Shown here: positions 16,558 through 28,053 of the stretch, one piece after another
How positions within the stretch are numbered: the first letter of the stretch is position 1
Layout: each line of letters starts with the position of its first letter
Source: Ilumatobacteraceae bacterium
GTDB taxonomy: Bacteria; Actinomycetota; Acidimicrobiia; Acidimicrobiales; Ilumatobacteraceae
DNA: 64,000 nucleotides
Reading direction: 5' to 3'
NCBI GenBank assembly: GCA_963848145.1
Contig: CAWKCN010000013.1
Location: 18,268 to 82,267, forward strand
Program-made: the position numbers and the translations under genes
Notes under the pieces: generated by a model
The model's database searches: none
Seen by the model: only the letters and a program-made list of their open reading frames with translations
Told to the model about the DNA's origin: nothing

Positions 16558-17026
16558 TCAATCAACGGCCGGGCGCAGCACGGCAGCCGGATACATCCAG
16601 TTCGCACGGGGATGATCGGCCTCGGGGGCGAGATGGCAGTAGGCGACGAACGCCTGGTCGGCTTCGACGAACGCGAACCGCATCGTGCGTTCCTCCTGGG
16701 GCGGAACAGGGCGGAACCCGCCCCAGTCCACCCAGTCGGGGTCGTCGGTCCCCAGCAACCCCTCTCCGGCGAGCACCAGTTCCTCGGTCCAGTCGACGTC
16801 GGTGCGGATGCTCACGAGCGCGAACTGCACCTCGTGGTCCGTGCGGTTCTGCAACCCGGAACGTGACGGCCCGGTCGCTCGACCACGTCGCCGGCCCGTC
16901 GTAGGTGCACACCTGCGCGTCATCGAAACTCATCGTTGCGTCGGGCAGACCATCGGGCCACCACTCGGTCTCGGACACGCCGTGCACGATCGCCGAGATC
17001 CGGTCGGCGGTGAATCGGCCGAGCGG
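16558..17026 (-). pseudogene. Out-of-frame continuation of the upstream esterase gene (two apparent 1-nt frame breaks)
   Basis: Two protein-like segments in two different minus frames follow the esterase domain. The first is GRFTADRISAIVHGVSETEWWPDGLPDATMSFDDAQVCTYDGPATWSSDRAVTFR. The second is LQNRTDHEVQFALVSIRTDVDWTEELVLAGEG...HPRANWMYPAAVLRPAVD. The junctions fall at C runs on the plus strand (CCCC 17027-17030, CCC 16855-16857). Confidence 0.45.
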
Positions 17027-17885
17027 CCCCGTCGATGTCGAGCGGGGCAGCGTGGCTGGAGTCGGTGGTGAGCAGCTCGGCGTCGATGCCGGCGCTGCGT
17101 AGATGATCGATGAGGAGTGCCGAGGAGAACACGTTCAAGGTGGTGTCGTTGTGGCCTTGGAGCAGCCGCACTTCGAGGTCGAGGTTGGTCGGTTCCAGGC
17201 TGAACACGTCGTAGGGAGCGTAGATGTCACCGTGTGGCAGGGAGTACTGGTACCAGCCTTGGTAGTCGCCAGCCAGCCCGATGAACCTGGTTGGTCGGTG
17301 GTCGACATCCGCGTTGCAGTCGATGCCGGGCCACGGCGGCTCGTCCACGATGGCCACCCGGGCCCCGATCATGCCTCCCCCAGAGTGACCGACGACCGTG
17401 AGGTCGGCGGGGTCACCGCCGAGGTCGGCGGCTGTCGTCTTGATGCTGCGCAGCATGCATATCACGGCCTCCGATTGCTTCCGGTACAGCTCGTCGCCCT
17501 GCTCCTCGAGGAACGGCTCGACTTGGTCGATCACGGGCCAAGCCGGAACGTACACCAGCGCTCCGTCGTCGGCGACGGCAGATGCCAGCTCCGCCATCCG
17601 GCTGCGTTCGTTCGCCGTCCCGTGGAGCATCGCGACCACCGGCACTGCGCGATCGCTGGCGACTGGGAGATGGATGTCGGTCTCACTTCCGCCCACGTCG
17701 ACGTCGAGGAGTACCCGAGCATCAGCGACATCGGATGCAGGCGAGGTGGATCCGGGCGAGGTGGTGTCAGGCGAGGTGGTGTCAGGCGAGGTGGTGTCAG
17801 GCGAGGTGGTGTCGCCGCCTGAGTCACAGGCGGCGACGGCCGCTGCGATGATGACCGCAACGAGGAACATCTCGCGCGTCTTCAT
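16920..17885 (-). CDS. Secreted/lipoprotein alpha/beta hydrolase (esterase); C-terminus probably mis-framed
   Basis: Signal peptide plus lipobox (VAACDS), a (DTTSP)n linker, the nucleophile elbow GHSGGG, and the late His region (DSSHAAP). The last ~30 aa of this ORF (HRRPDLGDRARRVRDR...) look like out-of-frame translation. Confidence 0.7.
   Translation of the reverse strand: MKTREMFLVAVIIAAAVAACDSGGDTTSPDTTSPDTTSPDTTSPGSTSPASDVADARVLLDVDVGGSETDIHLPVASDRAVPVVAMLHGTANERSRMAELASAVADDGALVYVPAWPVIDQVEPFLEEQGDELYRKQSEAVICMLRSIKTTAADLGGDPADLTVVGHSGGGMIGARVAIVDEPPWPGIDCNADVDHRPTRFIGLAGDYQGWYQYSLPHGDIYAPYDVFSLEPTNLDLEVRLLQGHNDTTLNVFSSALLIDHLRSAGIDAELLTTDSSHAAPLDIDGAARPIHRRPDLGDRARRVRDRVVARWSARRNDEFR
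17741..17815. repeat. 15-bp tandem repeat x5 (three perfect units GCGAGGTGGTGTCAG) encoding (DTTSP)n on the minus strand
   Basis: Units at 17741, 17756, 17771, 17786 and 17801. The three central units are identical and the outer two diverge. The array lies in the linker after the lipobox of the esterase. Confidence 0.9.
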
Positions 17886-18087
17886 ACATCGACCATCTCG
17901 CCCAACGACGCGGCCGTCAAGGGGCGTTGGTCATCGTGGTTCGTTCGACGAGCTCCGTCACTGAACGGTGATCCGGGGGCGAACTGTGACGAAGCGGCGT
18001 TCGACGGTCCGTTCGCGTTCCGCCTCGGCTGCCGGCCGCACGGACAGGGGTTTCCCGCGTCTCGGGGCTGCACTATGTTGCGCCGAC

Positions 18088-19653
18088 ATGGGGGACATCA
18101 CGAATCTTGCCGGGGTCATCCGAGTGCACGGCGAGGGGCAGGGTGACAAGACCGCCCTGATCCTGGGGGACCGGCACCAGAGTTGGTCGACCCTGCGAGA
18201 CCGTTCGGCGCAGGTCGCCCAGGGGTTGCTCGCTGCGGGAGTCGGCGAACAAGAGCGGGTCGCGTTCCTCGACAAGAACGGCTTCGAACACTTCGAGGTG
18301 ATGTTCGGCGCCGCGATGATCAACGCCGTCTGCGTCGACGTCAACTGGCGCCTGGCTGCGCCCGAGGTCGAGTTCATCGTCAACGACACCGAGGCCAGAG
18401 TGCTCGTCGTCGGCCCCGACTTCGTCCCGATTCTCGACGCGATCGCCGACAACCTCACCCACGTCACCACCGTGCTCGTCATCGGTGGGCACGAACGATT
18501 CCGCGACTACGAGGAGTGGCTCACTTCCTTCGATCCGATCGACCCCGGGACCGACTCGACGCTCGATGACGTCGCATTCCAGCTCTACTCGTCCGGCACC
18601 ACCGGGCGCCCCAAGGGCGTGATGCTCACCAACGCCAACTTCTTCAGCCTGCTCCCGATGGCGAAGGAGCTCTGGGAGCTGACGCCCGACTCGGTCAACC
18701 TCGTGGCGATGCCACTGTTCCACATCGCCGGCGGGGGTTGGGCGGTCGCCGGCATGTACGAGGGCTGCACGTCGATCATCTTCCGCGACCTCGATCCGGT
18801 GGCGCTCGTCTCGACGATCGCCGAGCACCGGGTCACCCATGCGTTGCTCGTGCCCGTCGCACTGCAATTCGTGCTGCTGGTGCCTGGCGTCGACGATGCC
18901 GACTTCTCGAGCCTCGAGGTGATGGTCTACGGCGCATCACCGATCAGCGAGGACGTGCTGTCGAAGTGCGTCGAGTTGTTCAGGCCGTGCAAGTTCTGGC
19001 AGGCCTACGGGTTGACCGAGACGACCGGCGGTGTCGTCAACCTGCCGCCGGAGGATCATCATCCCGACTCCACGAACAAGCACCGTCTCCGTTCCTGTGG
19101 TGTGCCGGGACCCGGCGTCGAGTTGCGGATCGTCGGTGACGAAGGCGCCGACTGCGAGGTCGGCGCAGTCGGCGAGATCTGGGTGCGCTCACCGCAGGTC
19201 ATGAAGGGATACTGGAACATGCCGGAGGCGACCGCTGAGGCAGTGACGCCCGACGGTTGGTTCAAGACCGGCGACGCCGGCTACGTCGACGCCGACGGCT
19301 ACGTCTACATCCACGACCGGGTCAAGGACATGATCGTGTCGGGCGGCGAGAACGTGTACCCCGCCGAGGTCGAGAACGTCCTGATGGCCCATCCGGGCAT
19401 CGCCGACGTCGCGGTGATCGGCGTGCCGCACGAGAAGTGGGGCGAGACCGCAAAGGCGATCGTCGTCAAGGCGCCCGACTCAGAGGTCACCGAGGACGAC
19501 ATCGTCGCCTATGCCAAGCAGCGACTGGCGACCTACAAGTGCCCGACCAGTGTCGATTGGGCCGACGAGCTGCCGCGGAACCCCAGTGGAAAGATCTTGA
19601 AGAAGGACCTGCGAGAGCCGTTCTGGGTGGGCCACGAACGACGCGTCGGGTAG
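18088..19653 (+). CDS. Long-chain-fatty-acid--CoA ligase (AMP-binding, FadD-like)
   Basis: The ATG at 18088 gives MGDITNLAGVIRVHGEGQGDKTALI... AMP motif QLYSSGTTGRPKGVML, and C-terminal ...PRNPSGKILKKDLR. 521 aa. Confidence 0.9.
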   Translation: MGDITNLAGVIRVHGEGQGDKTALILGDRHQSWSTLRDRSAQVAQGLLAAGVGEQERVAFLDKNGFEHFEVMFGAAMINAVCVDVNWRLAAPEVEFIVNDTEARVLVVGPDFVPILDAIADNLTHVTTVLVIGGHERFRDYEEWLTSFDPIDPGTDSTLDDVAFQLYSSGTTGRPKGVMLTNANFFSLLPMAKELWELTPDSVNLVAMPLFHIAGGGWAVAGMYEGCTSIIFRDLDPVALVSTIAEHRVTHALLVPVALQFVLLVPGVDDADFSSLEVMVYGASPISEDVLSKCVELFRPCKFWQAYGLTETTGGVVNLPPEDHHPDSTNKHRLRSCGVPGPGVELRIVGDEGADCEVGAVGEIWVRSPQVMKGYWNMPEATAEAVTPDGWFKTGDAGYVDADGYVYIHDRVKDMIVSGGENVYPAEVENVLMAHPGIADVAVIGVPHEKWGETAKAIVVKAPDSEVTEDDIVAYAKQRLATYKCPTSVDWADELPRNPSGKILKKDLREPFWVGHERRVG

Positions 19654-19666
19654 CCCACGACCGGCC

Positions 19667-20341
19667 TCAGGCGACTCGTTGTCCCTGGTGGTCGACGTCG
19701 AACACCCGAACTCGGTCCTCGGCGGCGACCGCCTGGCGGGCGGCATCCACCGTCTCCTGGTCGTCGACGTGCAGCGCCACGATGATCGCGTCGGCTGCCT
19801 CGGGGTCGACGAAGCCGTCCTGAAATGCGGCGCTCTGGCCGGTTCCGATCACGAAACTCCAGACGGCGGTCACGAAGAATCCGAAGATCGCGCCACCGAT
19901 GGCTGCGCCGGCGGTGGCTGCCGCGCTCTCGGTCACGAGCCACACCCCGACGCCGATGATCAAGGCGCAGACGACCGCGCCGGGGAGACCACCGAGGAGG
20001 GAGCGACGCGCCGCGTGCGTCGTCACACCCTCGGGGTCGGCCTGGTGTCGTTCGGTGCGATCGACCGGGTGGCCGAGCACGACGATGGTCGTGTCGGTGT
20101 CGTTGTCGGCGGCGCGCTCGAAGTCGAGCGCCACCGAGCGGGCAACCTCGAGATCGTCGGTGATCGCGGCCAGGTTGTGTCGGCGCCAGCGGGCATTGGG
20201 GTTCGAGTTCGACACTTCGTCGAGGTGTGGCGCCTGTCCGTGTGCCCAGGCGGCGACCGAGATCGGTTCGTCGGCGGTCTGTCGGCGGCCCGAGGTGGCA
20301 TCGGTCGGTTGGCTGGTGCCGTGTGGGTCTCGTGCGTTCAT
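19667..20341 (-). CDS. Hypothetical membrane protein (224 aa, two central TM helices)
   Basis: The ATG (cat 20339-20341) gives MNARDPHGTSQPTD... Hydrophobic Gly-rich segments (LLGGLPGAVVCALIIGVGVWLV and AIGGAIFGFFVTAVWSFVIG) are flanked by soluble regions. The rest of the 1053-aa ORF is shadow. Confidence 0.55.
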   Translation of the reverse strand: MNARDPHGTSQPTDATSGRRQTADEPISVAAWAHGQAPHLDEVSNSNPNARWRRHNLAAITDDLEVARSVALDFERAADNDTDTTIVVLGHPVDRTERHQADPEGVTTHAARRSLLGGLPGAVVCALIIGVGVWLVTESAAATAGAAIGGAIFGFFVTAVWSFVIGTGQSAAFQDGFVDPEAADAIIVALHVDDQETVDAARQAVAAEDRVRVFDVDHQGQRVA

Positions 20342-20406
20342 GACGGGGACGTACCCATCGCAACGGAGCGTCAAACTCGTCCCGGTGCACCGGAACCGGT
20401 GGGTTC

Positions 20407-21225
20407 CTAGATCAGGGCGACGATCGAGCTGGCGGCGGTGTAGATCGCGATGACGACCAGGAATCCGATGAACCACTTCTGCAGGAAGCTGGGATCGCGA
20501 GTGCTCGCCAGACGACTGCCGACGAAGACACCGATCAGGCTGGCGAGCGTGAACGGCAGCACCACATTCCACTCGATCGAGCCACCCGGCAGGCGCGTCG
20601 ACAGCGCCACCGTCGAATTGACGGCGATGACCAGCAAGGAGGTGCCGACAGCCTCGGGCATGGTGAAACCCAGAGCGAGCACGAGGGCCGGGACGATGAC
20701 GAATCCGCCGCCGACTCCGAAGAATCCCGTGAGCAGACCGACGAAGGAGCCTGCCAGGATCACCTTGACGACGGTCGCTGCGTCGATTCGGACGTGGGTG
20801 GCCCGGGGTGCCGCCTCGTCGAGGTGCGCAGCAGCGCCGACGGACTTCGGCGTCGGCTCGGGTGAGGTGTCCAGGCGTCGCCACATGGCGTAGGCGGCCA
20901 CCAGCATCAGCGCCGAGAACGCGAGCAGCAGGACGTTCTCGTCGACGGTTTCGTTCCAAGCAGAGCCGAGGAGCGATCCGCCGACGCCCGCGAGTCCGAA
21001 CATCGTGCCGGCTGCGAACCGGACCCGCCCGGCGCGCCAGTGCGGGATGATGCCGACCAGCGCAGTGATCGTCACCAGGACCAGCGAGGTGGTGGTGGCA
21101 CTCTTCGCGTTCTGGCCGGCGGCGTAGACCAGCGCCGGCACGGCGAGGATCGATCCGCCGCCTCCGAGCGCGCCGAGCGACAACCCGATCAGGAATCCCA
21201 GCGGTGATGCCAGCAGCGCGCGCAC
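20407..21225 (-). CDS. Sulfite exporter TauE/SafE family membrane protein
   Basis: The in-frame GTG (cac 21223-21225) gives VRALLASPLGFLIGLSLGALGGGGSILAVPALVY... with an internal repeat ...GFFGVGGGFVIVPALV, typical of TauE/SafE (DUF81). Confidence 0.85.
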   Translation of the reverse strand: MRALLASPLGFLIGLSLGALGGGGSILAVPALVYAAGQNAKSATTTSLVLVTITALVGIIPHWRAGRVRFAAGTMFGLAGVGGSLLGSAWNETVDENVLLLAFSALMLVAAYAMWRRLDTSPEPTPKSVGAAAHLDEAAPRATHVRIDAATVVKVILAGSFVGLLTGFFGVGGGFVIVPALVLALGFTMPEAVGTSLLVIAVNSTVALSTRLPGGSIEWNVVLPFTLASLIGVFVGSRLASTRDPSFLQKWFIGFLVVIAIYTAASSIVALI

Positions 21226-21262
21226 ATGCCCATGGTACCCCCTTGGGTATTCGTCCGGACGG

Positions 21263-23251
<1,989 letters not shown>

Positions 23252-23255
23252 CGAT

Positions 23256-23283
23256 CACATCAGGGGTTCGAGCCCCTGATGTG
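23256..23283. terminator. Hairpin between convergent typA and the GH29 gene: CACATCAGGGG-TTCGAG-CCCCTGATGTG
   Basis: An 11-bp perfect stem with a 6-nt loop occupies almost the whole 33-nt gap between the two stop codons (23251 and 23285). There is no T-tract. Confidence 0.5.
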
Positions 23284-23284
23284 G

Positions 23285-25432
23285 TCACGGTCCGGTGGCG
23301 TGGGCTGCGTCGGGCTCGTGGAGGTCGATGGCTTCGTTGTCGTGGGCGTGCAAGCCGACCGCATCCCATGCGAGCACCCCGATGCGACAGCGTTCCCAGC
23401 GGTTGCCGCTGACCTGGCAGTCGGAGGCCCCCCATTCGACGATGCATCCGCTGTCACCGTCGCACACCGCATTGCCGTCGACGACGGCCTGTGTGCCACC
23501 GTCGATGTCGATGCCGCGCATCGTGTGGTCGACGAAGTTCCGGTAGACGTGGGCCCCTTCGGTCTGTTCGAGGTGGATGCCCCACCATCGAGCGGTCGCG
23601 TTGTTGCCGCGGATGATCGTGCCGGTCGTGTCGGTGGCTCGGATCGAGCAGAGGTGGTCGTGGAACTCGCACGAATCGACCTCGTGGCCGGTCCCGCCGA
23701 CGAGGTGCACACCGACGTCCCAGCGCATGCCACGGAACTCGCATCGTGAGATCGTGAGACGATCCGCCCCGTCGGTGACGACGCCCGACGCGCTGGTGGC
23801 CCTGATCATGTTGCCGTCGGAACGAACGATGACGTGGCCGTCGAGCTGGCAGCCAAGCACCGTGGCGTACGGGCCATGCATCTCGACGACCGGGCTGGGC
23901 GACAACGCGTGGCGCTCCGGTCCACCGGTGACGCCGACGTGTTCGAGCCGTGCATTGCGTTCCAGGGTGACCGCTGTCGACCCTGTGCCGTCGATCGTGG
24001 TGCGCGTGCCGCCGAGCCCGCGCACGATCACACCGGCCGGCACGGTGACCGGTCCGAGATAGCGTCCGTCGCCGAGTTGCACGATGTCGCCGGGAGCGGC
24101 GTCGCGAAGCAGCGGGGTGAGCTCGATCGCCTGTCGCGGCGACGGAGCGAACAGCTCTGCCGGCCGATCGACGTCGACGACTTCGAGTTCGTACACGGTG
24201 ATGTCCGCCACGTCGCCCAGTGAGGCCCGACGCATGAACGACGCCCGTGCCACGTCGAGGTGGGTCCCGCGCTCGTCCTGATGGAACGCAATGGGCGCAC
24301 CGTCGGCTTCGACGGCCAACACTCGGTAGCGGTCGGCGCTCAGCGCAGCCAGGTTGCCCTTGCCGGACAGGTCGACGGCGTGGACCCGATCGTCGAGACG
24401 GAGATACCTGACTTCGCCGTTGCCCCACGTGTCCCACGGCACGGCTTCGTCGATCAGCCGCTGGTGTGAGCGGATCCATCGGCCCGCCTCGAGCAGGGGT
24501 TGGCGTTGCAGCTCCGGGATCGTGCCGTCGGCGGCAGGGCCGACGTTGAGCAACAGGTGCCCACCCTTGGCGACGACCTCGGTCAGCAGTGCCACGATCT
24601 CGAGACCGCTGAGGTGGTGTTCGGTGCGTTCGGCCCGGTTGTGGCAGAAGCTCGCGCCGAGTCCGCGACAGAGCTCCCACGGTGTGTGGATGATGTCGTC
24701 CGGGGCCTCGTACTCGAAGGTGCGCACCAGCGACGGACTGCCTGCCGGAACATCGTCGGGGGACGCCCACCACCGGTCGTTGACGACCACGCTCGGATCG
24801 ATCGACCGCACCTGGTCGAGCAGTTCCCTGGTTCGCCATCGATCGGGTCCGTGGCCCCACTGCCCGTCGCCCCACAGCACACTGGACCCGTATCGCTCGA
24901 CGAGGTCGATCACATGTGGGTGCAACACGTCACTGACGTAGCTCGCGTCGGGAAACCTCGGGTCGCCCCAGTCGAGCAGCGAGTAGTAGGTGCCGAACAC
25001 GATGTCGTTGCGCTCGCAGGCCGCAGCGTATTCGGCGAGCACGTTGCGCCTCGGTCCACCGTGGATCATCGTGCGGTCCGTGCCCGGCGCATCCCACCAC
25101 GACCATCCGTCGTGGTGTTTGGCGACGAACACGCTGTACCCGGCGCCCGACCGGGCGACGAGCTGCGCCCATGCCTCGGGGTCGAACTCGTCGAAGGTGA
25201 GCAGCGGCAGGAAGTCGTCGAACCGTTCGATGTGGCCCCAGCGGTCGCGATGGTGGGCGAGCACCTCGACCATCGGTTTCGGGTGGAGGACGACGTCGGC
25301 GACGTCCTCGCCGAGGTGGCTGCGGTACCAGTCGGAGTATTCCCCGATCGGCGCCCACGCAGGCACCGTGGCCAGGCTCGAATGGACGAAGATGCCGAAA
25401 CGCCGCTCGTTCCACCACGTCGGCATCGTCAC
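23285..25432 (-). CDS. GH29 alpha-L-fucosidase fused to a right-handed parallel beta-helix (NosD/pectate-lyase-like) domain
   Basis: The N-terminal ~330 aa (WWNERRFGIFVHSSLATVPAW...VFVAKHHDGWSWWD...YYSLLDW) is GH29-like. The C-terminal ~300 aa has repetitive beta-helix turns (…IRGNNATARWWGIHLEQTEGAHVYRNFVDHTMRGIDIDGGTQAVVDGNAV…). Confidence 0.8.
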   Translation of the reverse strand: MTMPTWWNERRFGIFVHSSLATVPAWAPIGEYSDWYRSHLGEDVADVVLHPKPMVEVLAHHRDRWGHIERFDDFLPLLTFDEFDPEAWAQLVARSGAGYSVFVAKHHDGWSWWDAPGTDRTMIHGGPRRNVLAEYAAACERNDIVFGTYYSLLDWGDPRFPDASYVSDVLHPHVIDLVERYGSSVLWGDGQWGHGPDRWRTRELLDQVRSIDPSVVVNDRWWASPDDVPAGSPSLVRTFEYEAPDDIIHTPWELCRGLGASFCHNRAERTEHHLSGLEIVALLTEVVAKGGHLLLNVGPAADGTIPELQRQPLLEAGRWIRSHQRLIDEAVPWDTWGNGEVRYLRLDDRVHAVDLSGKGNLAALSADRYRVLAVEADGAPIAFHQDERGTHLDVARASFMRRASLGDVADITVYELEVVDVDRPAELFAPSPRQAIELTPLLRDAAPGDIVQLGDGRYLGPVTVPAGVIVRGLGGTRTTIDGTGSTAVTLERNARLEHVGVTGGPERHALSPSPVVEMHGPYATVLGCQLDGHVIVRSDGNMIRATSASGVVTDGADRLTISRCEFRGMRWDVGVHLVGGTGHEVDSCEFHDHLCSIRATDTTGTIIRGNNATARWWGIHLEQTEGAHVYRNFVDHTMRGIDIDGGTQAVVDGNAVCDGDSGCIVEWGASDCQVSGNRWERCRIGVLAWDAVGLHAHDNEAIDLHEPDAAHATGP

Positions 25433-25456
25433 GATTGATCAGTCTCGCGCAGGTGG

Positions 25457-28036
25457 GTGGCTGGGGAGAACCCGCGGGCGCTCGCGGCCGGCGGCGATGC
25501 ACCGATCGGTGGGCTCGCGTGCCGCCCAGCGATTCTCGGGGCTACCTTGCCGCCGGTGAAGTACGTTCCCGGGCTCGACGGCCTTCGCGCCGTGGCGGTG
25601 ATCGCGGTGCTGGTCTTCCACGCCCAGTTCGCCGCGGCGTCGGGCGGTTTCCTCGGCGTGTCGCTGTTCTTCACGCTGTCGGGTTTCCTGATCACCACGC
25701 TGCTGCTCGACGAGCACGAATCGACCGGGACGTTGTCGTTGCGACGGTTCTACGGCCGCCGCGTCCGACGGCTGCTCCCGGCGGCCTACGTCTGTTTGCT
25801 GCTCGTGGTGATGGTGGCCGGTTGGTGGACGGCCAGTCAGCAGCGACGGCTGCCCGGCGACCTCATCGCCTCGGTTGCGAACGTCGCCAACTGGCGCTTC
25901 GCGTTCGCGCCGAACAGCTACCAGGATCTGTTCCTCGGCGACCCGAGTCCCGTCGCTCACTTCTGGTCGCTGGCGATCGAAGAGCAGATCTACCTGGTGC
26001 TTCCCGTGGTGGTGTACTACGCGCTCCGGCGCGGTCCCCGGACACTGGCAGCGACCACCGGCGTCCTCCTGGCCGGATCGATCGTCGCGACGTTGCTCAC
26101 CACCGATCGTGATCTCATCTACAACGGCACCCACACCCGCGCCGCCGAACTGCTCGTCGGCGTGGGGCTGGCACAAGTGCTCCGTCGACGTCCGCTCGCG
26201 CCCGACGCCCGCGCGTCGTGGCTCCCTGGCCTCGTTGCCGCTGTTGGATTCCTCGCTCTCGTGGTCGCGAGCACGATCGAACAGGCCTGGATCTACCGAG
26301 GTGGGCTCGTCGGGGTGTCGATCGTGTCGGCGGTGTTGATCGCGTCGGTGGCGGGCGGCAGATTCCCCGCCCGGCTGCTCGAAGCGGCACCCTTGGTGGC
26401 GATCGGCAAGGTCAGCTACGGCATCTACCTCTTCCACTGGCCGGTGTTCATGCTGCTCACCCCTGAGCGCATCGGCCTCGGCCGTTTCTCGCTGTTCACG
26501 TTGCAGTGCGCAGTCACCGCGGTGCTCACCGTCGTGTCGTATCAGTTGATCGAGCAGCCCGTTCGTCGCGGGCGCGTGGTGGGTCGGGATCGGGTGATGG
26601 TGCCCACGATGTTGGCGTCGGCCGGAGTGATCGCCGTCGCTGCGGTCCTCGTCGTTCCGACGCCTCGGTTGACACCGACGGAGGAGCTGTTGGCGTTGGG
26701 AGAGCAGGACGTCGTCGAGTTCGCGTCCGAGCCGGCAGCGGTGGTCGACGTCGTCGACCGTGCGGTGCCGTCCGTCGAGCCGCTGGTGCCGGCGAGCACG
26801 GACGCCGCACCTGCCGCTCCCGCCCGTGTGGCGGTCCTGGGAAGCACTCCCGTTCCTGCGGCAGCGCTCACGAGCGTCGACGGCATCGAATTCGAAGTCC
26901 TGGAGGACGTGCGCCCCGACTGTTCGTTGTCGAGTGTCGACGTCCCCGGGTGCATCCCGGTGGAGGACCGCTGGCAGCAGCTCCGGTCGGACGGCGAGAT
27001 CGATGTGCTCGTGCTCGTCACGGGCAGCGTCGAGGTCGACGATGCGATCGCCAAGAAGGGACTCACGGCGAGTGTTGCCGAACTGGTCGAGCGTGGGGCA
27101 CAGGAGGAGAAGATGATCGCGGCGCTCCTGGCGACGATCGACGACGCGACCGACGCTGGCATCCCGGTCGTGTGGTACACGCAGGCGGAGTCCGACACCG
27201 AGTTCTTCCGCCACTTCGCGAGGGTCGGTGTGGAGCGTCCGGTCGTGCATCGGGTTGCCGGAGACGACGTCGAGCTGGCAGACGTCGTACGGGGTCTGGC
27301 GGGCGACCGCGACGCAACGTCGGAAACGGATCTCGACGACCGCCTCCGGGTGCTGGTGATCGGCGACTCGACGTCGCTCAACTTCGCACGGGCGTTGCAC
27401 GATGGCAGCGACGGCGGCATCGACGTGCTCTGGGCCGGGGCGAACGGGTGCCCGTTCGCCGAACTCGAGGCAACGCGCGGCAGTGCGGACGCGGAGTGGG
27501 CCGACGCCGATTGCGCTGCCTGGCACGACAAGGTGCCGTCGCTGCTCGACTCGTTCGGGCCCGACGTGTTGTTCGTGATGACAGGTCCGATGGAGCTCGT
27601 CGAGCACCGCTTCGCCGGCGACGCGACCGGTCGGGCAGCAAACGATCCTGCGTTCGCCGCTGCACGCGATGCCGAACTCGATGCACTGCTCGCCGTCGTT
27701 CCGTCAGATCTCCCGGTGCTCGTTGCCGACCTGCCCTCGATCACGATCGGAGGATTCTCCAGCGTCGAGATGACGTCACCCGAACGCCTCGACGCGGTGA
27801 ACAATCAGATCTTGGCGTGGGACCAGCGACTGGCCCAGCTGGCACGGTTCCCGTACCGGGACACCCTCGAAGCCGCCGAGCGGGAACGTCCACCCGACGA
27901 CCAGATCCGGTTCGACGGCACACACCCGAGGGTCGAGCCTCTCGCAGAGTTGGCTCGCGACGTGTACGTGCCGGCGCTCGTCGAGATGGCCGACCGCCTC
28001 GGCGCCGAGCTGTCGGCGTCGACGGTCGACGGTTGA
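25457..28036 (+). CDS. Acyltransferase family 3 (OafA/YrhL-like) membrane protein with C-terminal SGNH/GDSL domain
   Basis: The N-terminus (GLDGLRAVAVIAVLVFHA...LFFTLSGFLIT...RFYGRRVRRLLPA) is multi-TM. A linker follows, then a GDS block (RVLVIGDSTSLNFA). The alternative GTG start at 25556 (VKYVPGLDGLRA) fits family N-termini better. Confidence 0.8.
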   Translation: MAGENPRALAAGGDAPIGGLACRPAILGATLPPVKYVPGLDGLRAVAVIAVLVFHAQFAAASGGFLGVSLFFTLSGFLITTLLLDEHESTGTLSLRRFYGRRVRRLLPAAYVCLLLVVMVAGWWTASQQRRLPGDLIASVANVANWRFAFAPNSYQDLFLGDPSPVAHFWSLAIEEQIYLVLPVVVYYALRRGPRTLAATTGVLLAGSIVATLLTTDRDLIYNGTHTRAAELLVGVGLAQVLRRRPLAPDARASWLPGLVAAVGFLALVVASTIEQAWIYRGGLVGVSIVSAVLIASVAGGRFPARLLEAAPLVAIGKVSYGIYLFHWPVFMLLTPERIGLGRFSLFTLQCAVTAVLTVVSYQLIEQPVRRGRVVGRDRVMVPTMLASAGVIAVAAVLVVPTPRLTPTEELLALGEQDVVEFASEPAAVVDVVDRAVPSVEPLVPASTDAAPAAPARVAVLGSTPVPAAALTSVDGIEFEVLEDVRPDCSLSSVDVPGCIPVEDRWQQLRSDGEIDVLVLVTGSVEVDDAIAKKGLTASVAELVERGAQEEKMIAALLATIDDATDAGIPVVWYTQAESDTEFFRHFARVGVERPVVHRVAGDDVELADVVRGLAGDRDATSETDLDDRLRVLVIGDSTSLNFARALHDGSDGGIDVLWAGANGCPFAELEATRGSADAEWADADCAAWHDKVPSLLDSFGPDVLFVMTGPMELVEHRFAGDATGRAANDPAFAAARDAELDALLAVVPSDLPVLVADLPSITIGGFSSVEMTSPERLDAVNNQILAWDQRLAQLARFPYRDTLEAAERERPPDDQIRFDGTHPRVEPLAELARDVYVPALVEMADRLGAELSASTVDG

Positions 28037-28053
28037 GCGGGCATACTGCGGCG

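Noticed and set aside
23256-23283. GGTTCGAGCCCC, resembling a tRNA T-arm
   Set aside because: No acceptor, D or anticodon arms can be built from the flanks, and the segment is simply the loop region of a hairpin between two convergent stop codons. It is not a tRNA.
25439-27607. 722-aa minus-strand ORF antisense to the acyltransferase gene
   Set aside because: It is Arg/His/Asp-rich with no recognisable motifs, and the plus strand encodes a clear acyltransferase_3 plus SGNH protein. The same reasoning applies to the antisense ORFs at 14581-16461 (opposite the P450), 47335-49089 (opposite truB/ribF), 28845-29978, 44174-45718, 52766-54268 and 57311-58735.
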